Below, piece after piece: positions 28,827 to 33,786 of a stretch of 33,786 bases of DNA. The stretch is taken from contig JZWU02000015.1 in NCBI GenBank assembly GCA_000960865.2, positions 1 to 33,786 on the forward strand. Reading direction: 5' to 3'. The stretch is from Vulcanisaeta sp. AZ3. Lineage in GTDB: Archaea > Thermoproteota > Thermoprotei > Thermoproteales > Thermocladiaceae. The notes under the pieces are model-generated. The model was not told the origin of the DNA and searched no databases. It saw only the letters and a program-made list of their open reading frames with translations. A program made the translations under genes and the position numbers. Positions within the stretch are counted from its first letter, which is position 1, and every line of letters starts with the position of its first letter.

Positions 28827-30497
28827 TTATTCCTTTGTTTCAGTCCCACTTTCCTCTCCGCCCTCACCGCCCTTAGACCCGCCAGCGCCTCCAGTCTTTG
28901 TCTGGGCTGCGGCAACAATGTCATCGATCCTCAGCACCATTATGGCAGCCTCCGTGGCACTCCTAATCGTCTGGACCTTCACTAGGAATGGGTCTACAAT
29001 ATTTAGCTTTGTCATGTTGTCAACCCTACCATTAAGCACGTCAACACCAGCATCAACCTCACCAGCATCATGCCTCTTCCTCAACTCTGCAATAGCATCA
29101 ACTGGGTCTAGCCCAGCCGTTAAGGCTAGTATTGTTGGTATTTGCTCCAGAGCCTCGGCAAACTTCAACACTGCCAACTGCTCCTTACCTGGCAACTTCC
29201 TACCCCACTCTCTAACCCTCTTTGCTATTTCTATTTCGAATGCACCACCACCAGGTACAATCCTTGGATCTCTATACAAGTCTCTAATTACGTGTAATGC
29301 ATCCTGCATAGACCTCTCAGTCTCGTCTAACACCCTATCCGCAGCACCCCTGAGTAGTACCGTGACTGCCCTTGGATTAGGACACTGCTCAACAAACACC
29401 ATCTTCTCCTCACCAACCTTCCTCTCCTCAACAAGGCCTGCCGTACCTAAGTCCTCAGGCTTCATATCCTTAATACTAGTTACTATCTTAGCACCTGTAG
29501 CCTTTGCTAACTTCTCAATATCACTCCTCTTAACCCTCCTAACGGCCATAATACCCTTCTTAGCCAGGTAGTGCTGGGCCACCTCATCAATACCCTTCTG
29601 CGTAATGACTACATTAGCCCCAATCTCAGCCAGCTTATCAACGTAAGACTTCAGTATGTTTGACTCCTCCTCAAGGAACGCCTTTATCTGTGTTGGAGAG
29701 GATACTGAGATCTTCGTAGTCCACTCAGGCTTTTCAATCTCAAGCGGTGCGTCTAACACTGCTATTTTAGCATTCTCAACCCTCTTAGGCATCCCTGGGT
29801 GTACAACCTCCTTATCGAGGACAATACCCTGTATTAACTGAGTATCTGTTAGGGACTCACCCTTCTTCTTCTCAAGCTTTATCCAATCAAGGTCTAGGTT
29901 GTACTTACCATTAACCTTCTCAACAGCTATGGCAGAGGCCTCAACAGCAATCTTTGCTAAATAATCCCTAGACTCAGCAACTACCTTACTACTTAGGGAG
30001 TTCATTGCTGCGAGGATGAGTTGATTCTTGTCCTCAATAGATACGGGCTTCGTTATTTCATTAGCAACCTGTACTGCATAATCCATTGCCTTCTTATAAC
30101 CATCAATAATTATGGTCGGGTGAATACCCTCATCCAAAAGCTCCTCAGCACGCTCAAGCAAACTACCGGCTAGAACAACAGCTGTTGTTGTTCCATCACC
30201 AACCTCAGCATCCTGAGCCTTAGCAACCTCAACAAGTAACTTAGCAGCTGGGTGCTGAATCTCCATCTCCTTAAGAATAGCCGCTCCATCACCTGTTATT
30301 GTCACGTCGCCAAAAGCATCAATCAGCATCTTATCCATACCCCTTGGACCTAGACTTGTGGATAGTATTTCAGCAATGACCTTCGCAGCCATTATATTAC
30401 TCCTCCTAGCATCAGCACCAGTCGTCCTCTGGGCACCCTCCTTAAGAATTAGTGCTGGGACACCACCCTTCTGTTGGGTAGTAGTGGTAGTACTCAT
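28827..30497 (-). CDS. Thermosome (group II chaperonin) subunit
   Basis: [27 protein letters not shown]; alpha versus beta not determinable. Confidence 0.97.
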   Translation of the reverse strand: MSTTTTTQQKGGVPALILKEGAQRTTGADARRSNIMAAKVIAEILSTSLGPRGMDKMLIDAFGDVTITGDGAAILKEMEIQHPAAKLLVEVAKAQDAEVGDGTTTAVVLAGSLLERAEELLDEGIHPTIIIDGYKKAMDYAVQVANEITKPVSIEDKNQLILAAMNSLSSKVVAESRDYLAKIAVEASAIAVEKVNGKYNLDLDWIKLEKKKGESLTDTQLIQGIVLDKEVVHPGMPKRVENAKIAVLDAPLEIEKPEWTTKISVSSPTQIKAFLEEESNILKSYVDKLAEIGANVVITQKGIDEVAQHYLAKKGIMAVRRVKRSDIEKLAKATGAKIVTSIKDMKPEDLGTAGLVEERKVGEEKMVFVEQCPNPRAVTVLLRGAADRVLDETERSMQDALHVIRDLYRDPRIVPGGGAFEIEIAKRVREWGRKLPGKEQLAVLKFAEALEQIPTILALTAGLDPVDAIAELRKRHDAGEVDAGVDVLNGRVDNMTKLNIVDPFLVKVQTIRSATEAAIMVLRIDDIVAAAQTKTGGAGGSKGGEGGEESGTETKE

Positions 30498-30522
30498 ACT
30501 GTGCGGTTCATGGAAACACTTC

Positions 30523-30530
30523 TATAAAAA
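30523..30530 (-). promoter_or_regulatory. TATA box of thermosome gene (leaderless transcript)
   Basis: Minus-strand purine-rich BRE AGAAAGG followed by TTTTTATA, 25 nt before the ATG. Confidence 0.6.
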
Positions 30531-30583
30531 CCTTTCTACATTCGAGTGAGAAAAACATAATTACTCAGGGATATTGAGCATGA

Positions 30584-31021
30584 ATGATGGGGATGAATTA
30601 TGTATTACTTGTAATTATTGCGTTATCATTCATACTACCCTGGGCCGTGGTTAGCTCATACTCAATGGAACCAACCCTCGAGGTCGGCGACCTAGTAATA
30701 ATGACACCACCAACAGGGACATGCCAATCCCTACTAAATCACGTAGCAATTTACTACTCACCAGAATTCAATGACTACATAGTGCATAGAATAATTAAAA
30801 TAACCAACACCCAATCCTGCACATACATATTCAAAGGCGATGCAAACCTAGCGCCAGACCCATTCCCAGTACCAAGGAGTAATGTGGTTGGTGTTGTAGA
30901 CTTCGTAATACCACAACTAGGCTTCCTAAGCCTATCCTACAGAACCCTCACAGCCATACTATACACCCTAGGCCTCATAGTCATAGTTGCAATACCGGCA
31001 TACCTACTTGATAGAGGGTAA
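30584..31021 (+). CDS. Signal peptidase I (Sec11-type)
   Basis: SYSMEPTL..GDL, IVHRI, KGDAN..PD; flanking TM helices. Confidence 0.9.
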   Translation: MMGMNYVLLVIIALSFILPWAVVSSYSMEPTLEVGDLVIMTPPTGTCQSLLNHVAIYYSPEFNDYIVHRIIKITNTQSCTYIFKGDANLAPDPFPVPRSNVVGVVDFVIPQLGFLSLSYRTLTAILYTLGLIVIVAIPAYLLDRG

Positions 31022-31063
31022 TTATAGGAAAGACGTATTAACCCAGGTATTACTCGAGACTTA

Positions 31064-31618
31064 ATGGTTGAGGAAGCTCAAAGCATTACCAAGAAACTCG
31101 AGGGTCGTGAATTAATTAAGGGGAAGAATGGTAGGGTCTTCATACTTAGGGAATTTGATATTAAGGACTTAAACGTCGTCGTCTCAATAAATAGGAGAGT
31201 CCTCCCAGAGAACTACCCTGAATTCTTCTTCATAGAGCATTATCGGGAATTCCCCAAGGCATTCATTATTGCTGAGCTTAATGGTAACGTCATGGGTTAC
31301 ATGATGAATAGGGTTGAGTTCGGATGGAGCAACGTTTGGCGCGGTAAACCCACTAGGAAGGGCCACGTGATTAGCATAGGCGTACTCCCAGAGGCTAGGA
31401 GGATTGGCGTTGCCTACAACATGATGATTAGAGGCATGAGGGCTATGAAGTACATATACAATGCCGAGGAGGTATACCTAGAGGTTAGGGTTTCAAACAC
31501 ACCAGCCATAAACCTATACAAAAAACTAGGCTACCAAATCACATCAATAATCAAGGGTTACTACCAAGATGGTGAGGATGCGTACATAATGGCTAGAGAA
31601 TTAAAGAATTTTGAGTAA
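31064..31618 (+). CDS. ard1: N-terminal acetyltransferase (Ard1/RimI family)
   Basis: LPENY, GHVISIGV..EARRIG, LEVRVSN.PAI.LY, YYQDGEDAY. Confidence 0.9.
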   Translation: MVEEAQSITKKLEGRELIKGKNGRVFILREFDIKDLNVVVSINRRVLPENYPEFFFIEHYREFPKAFIIAELNGNVMGYMMNRVEFGWSNVWRGKPTRKGHVISIGVLPEARRIGVAYNMMIRGMRAMKYIYNAEEVYLEVRVSNTPAINLYKKLGYQITSIIKGYYQDGEDAYIMARELKNFE

Positions 31619-31620
31619 AA

Positions 31621-32874
31621 TTACTCACCAAACTTCTCCTGAGTCCCTAGGTAATTAGTTATTATATTCATGACATCCAAACCCCTAAGCACACCCCAAA
31701 AGCCCTTGGCACAATCCCTCTCACTAAACCTAGTAACATCATCCCTCATAACATCAGGCCCCCAAACCATGAACGGCACAGGATCACCAGTATGATCCCT
31801 AACCACTACGGGCGTCGCATGATCACAAGTCAGGAATATGTAAGTATCACTCGGAGCCTCCTCCACAAACCTCCTAAAACCAGCATCAACCCTCTCCACA
31901 ATCGAAACCTTACCCCTCGCATCACCATCATGAGACATGGAATCCGTAGGCTTAACATGCAGAAAAACAAAGTCATGATCCTTAAGCGCCAGGGCAGCCG
32001 CGTGGAATGCGGCATTAAAGTCATCATCCTTAGACCCAATGTAATTATCCACATTAATAACCTCCATACCCAACGCCCTACCAATACCCCTAATCAAGGC
32101 AACCCCAGCTATCATGGCAGCCCTCAACCTATACCTCTCATTAAACGGCTCGAAAACCCTCATCGAACCAGCACCCCTAAGAAGAACCATATTTACAACA
32201 CCCTTACCCTCCCTCCTCCTAACCTCATTAAACTTAGCCCCACCCAACTTCTCATGGACAAGCCTCGTAAACTCATTAATATAATCAGCAGTAACCTTCG
32301 CATCACCACTCAAAGCCCTAGCCTCAAGCACCCTAGCACCAACGGCATGAGGATCAGTATCACTCACATGAGGCGACACAGAACCCCTAAGCACAAGAAC
32401 ACCCCTATGCTCAACAGTCTGCTTATAAATAGCATCAATACCATACTTCGACCTAAGCACTGGTATCACATCATTATTTATAATACTCTCTATCTCCCTA
32501 ACCTCATCAGGACTTATGTACCTACCACCCCTCCTATCAACAACAACAAAATCATCACTAACAGTAGCCACGTTAGTCCTAAAAGCCACATCACCAGGAC
32601 TAAGACTCAAACCAGCACCAAAAGCCTCAAGAGGCCCCCTACCAGGATAATACTTATACGGATCATAACCAAAAATCGCCAAGTGAGAAACATCACTACC
32701 AGGCCTCACACCAGGCGATATTGGATTCATCAAACCACAGGAACCCTCAGCAGCTAGCCTATCAATACCAGGCTTAACAGCAACCTCCAACGGAGTCCTA
32801 CCACCCAACTCCCTAACAGGCCTATCCCCACAACCATCCAGAATCACCAAGAGAGCCCTAGGCATCACCACCAC
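31621..32874 (-). CDS. apgM: 2,3-bisphosphoglycerate-independent phosphoglycerate mutase (likely start ATG 32865)
   Basis: ILDGCGD, PGSDVSHL, GRGPLEA, DSMSHDG, CDHATP, HTGDPVP. Confidence 0.94.
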   Translation of the reverse strand: MVVMPRALLVILDGCGDRPVRELGGRTPLEVAVKPGIDRLAAEGSCGLMNPISPGVRPGSDVSHLAIFGYDPYKYYPGRGPLEAFGAGLSLSPGDVAFRTNVATVSDDFVVVDRRGGRYISPDEVREIESIINNDVIPVLRSKYGIDAIYKQTVEHRGVLVLRGSVSPHVSDTDPHAVGARVLEARALSGDAKVTADYINEFTRLVHEKLGGAKFNEVRRREGKGVVNMVLLRGAGSMRVFEPFNERYRLRAAMIAGVALIRGIGRALGMEVINVDNYIGSKDDDFNAAFHAAALALKDHDFVFLHVKPTDSMSHDGDARGKVSIVERVDAGFRRFVEEAPSDTYIFLTCDHATPVVVRDHTGDPVPFMVWGPDVMRDDVTRFSERDCAKGFWGVLRGLDVMNIITNYLGTQEKFGE

Positions 32875-33241
32875 CTAAACCGCGAGATTCTAAAGCATTG
32901 CCCCCAACACCAACAACCTCATCAATCCACCTCAAATAATCAACAAAACCACCAACCACAGGCAAAGCAATAACCTCAGGAACCTTATAAGGATGCCTCT
33001 CCCTAACAAACCTAACAAGCTCATCAAGCCTATCCCTCCTAGACTTTATCACCAACAAAGCCTCATTATCCTCCTCAACCCTCCCCTCCCAAAAATAAAC
33101 ACTCCTCAAACCATCAACCACATTAACACAAGCAGCAAGCCTAGCACTAACCAAATCCCTCGCAATACTCAAACCAACCTCCCTACTTGGCACAGTCACA
33201 AAAACCACAACATAATCCAAACCCACACCCATCAAAAACAA
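32858..33241 (-). CDS. cutA: Divalent-cation tolerance protein CutA (likely start ATG 33232)
   Basis: RLAACVN, SVYFWEG, HPYKVPEVIALPV, YLRWI. Confidence 0.93.
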   Translation of the reverse strand: MFLMGVGLDYVVVFVTVPSREVGLSIARDLVSARLAACVNVVDGLRSVYFWEGRVEEDNEALLVIKSRRDRLDELVRFVRERHPYKVPEVIALPVVGGFVDYLRWIDEVVGVGGNALESRGLGGGDA

Positions 33242-33366
33242 AATACGCTATGCAAATAAAGGCATTACTAACAACCATAATCACAAACCAACACAAAAAT
33301 AATTACAAAATACGAACGCACAATGGAAGATAAAAATTAAAAATATAAAAAATATTAACAATCATT

Positions 33367-33786
33367 GTGAAGAAAGAAATCTTATTCATAGTCCTAGGCT
33401 TGCTCAGCGCCCTCCTCATAACTGTGCCAATTCATGCCGAGAGCTTTACATTGACGAGTACGAATTGTGTCTCCTCAATTTATAACATGACTGTGATTAA
33501 TCTTCAGCCTGGTTGGTATCATTATTACAACATAACCATATTGGGTCCTGTGTCGTTGCAGATCTATGCCAACATTACTTCTAATGTTCCTGTGGAGATT
33601 GCCGTATACACACCTAGTGGTGAGTCTGTTTGGGAGTCAGGGGCTAGTACAGAGTTCATAGGCACCACATACACAGTTACGTTGAGTGGACCAGCAACGT
33701 ACCGAGTTAGTGTTTATAACCCAAGTAGTAATGAACAGTCAGCAAATATCACTGGATGGTTCTACGTAACAATGTGTGGATCTGCT
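33367..33786 (+). CDS. 5' part of a secreted/surface glycoprotein (runs off the window; absent from the ORF track)
   Basis: GTG 33367 opens 140 stop-free codons: MKKEILFIVLGLLSALLITVPIHA (signal peptide), then a beta-rich S/T/N/Y domain with several N-x-S/T sequons. Confidence 0.8.
   Translation, partial: MKKEILFIVLGLLSALLITVPIHAESFTLTSTNCVSSIYNMTVINLQPGWYHYYNITILGPVSLQIYANITSNVPVEIAVYTPSGESVWESGASTEFIGTTYTVTLSGPATYRVSVYNPSSNEQSANITGWFYVTMCGSA

Noticed and set aside
28918-29571. 217-aa plus-strand ORF, and the many similar Ser/Leu-rich antisense ORFs across the window (e.g. 5684-6205, 9666-10133, 15247-15654)
   Set aside because: All lie opposite well-supported genes and show shadow-frame composition.
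31792-32757. 321-aa plus-strand ORF
   Set aside because: Antisense shadow of apgM with N/T/P/H/I-biased composition caused by the C+A skew; no motifs.

Overview
Gene-dense, AT-leaning window from a hyperthermophilic crenarchaeon. The crenactin/arcadin genes, TATA boxes placed for leaderless transcripts and codon style point to Thermoproteales, probably Vulcanisaeta-like (inference). Most of it is housekeeping: priL, MoxR-VWA, Clp1, ileS, surE, a DapA-family aldolase, Alba, rpo6, thermosome, signal peptidase, Ard1, apgM and cutA. Four things stand out. (1) The complete 'arcade' cytoskeleton locus (arcadin-1, crenactin, arcadin-2/3/4). An MglA-like small GTPase plus Roadblock pair sits inside it, and a CxxC protein is translationally coupled to crenactin. 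(2) A three-gene operon: a 1140-aa AAA+/wHTH/coiled-coil ATPase, an unknown protein and a NurA-type nuclease, with no HerA, Mre11 or Rad50 alongside. (3) An unannotated C/D-box guide sRNA whose D guide is antisense to a tRNA T-arm, next to a probable IS200/IS605 end remnant. (4) Two single-base frameshifts at short homopolymers (crenactin and a membrane protein) and an internally deleted YbjQ gene. No rRNA, tRNA or CRISPR array was seen. All family calls come from motif recognition only; no database search was run.
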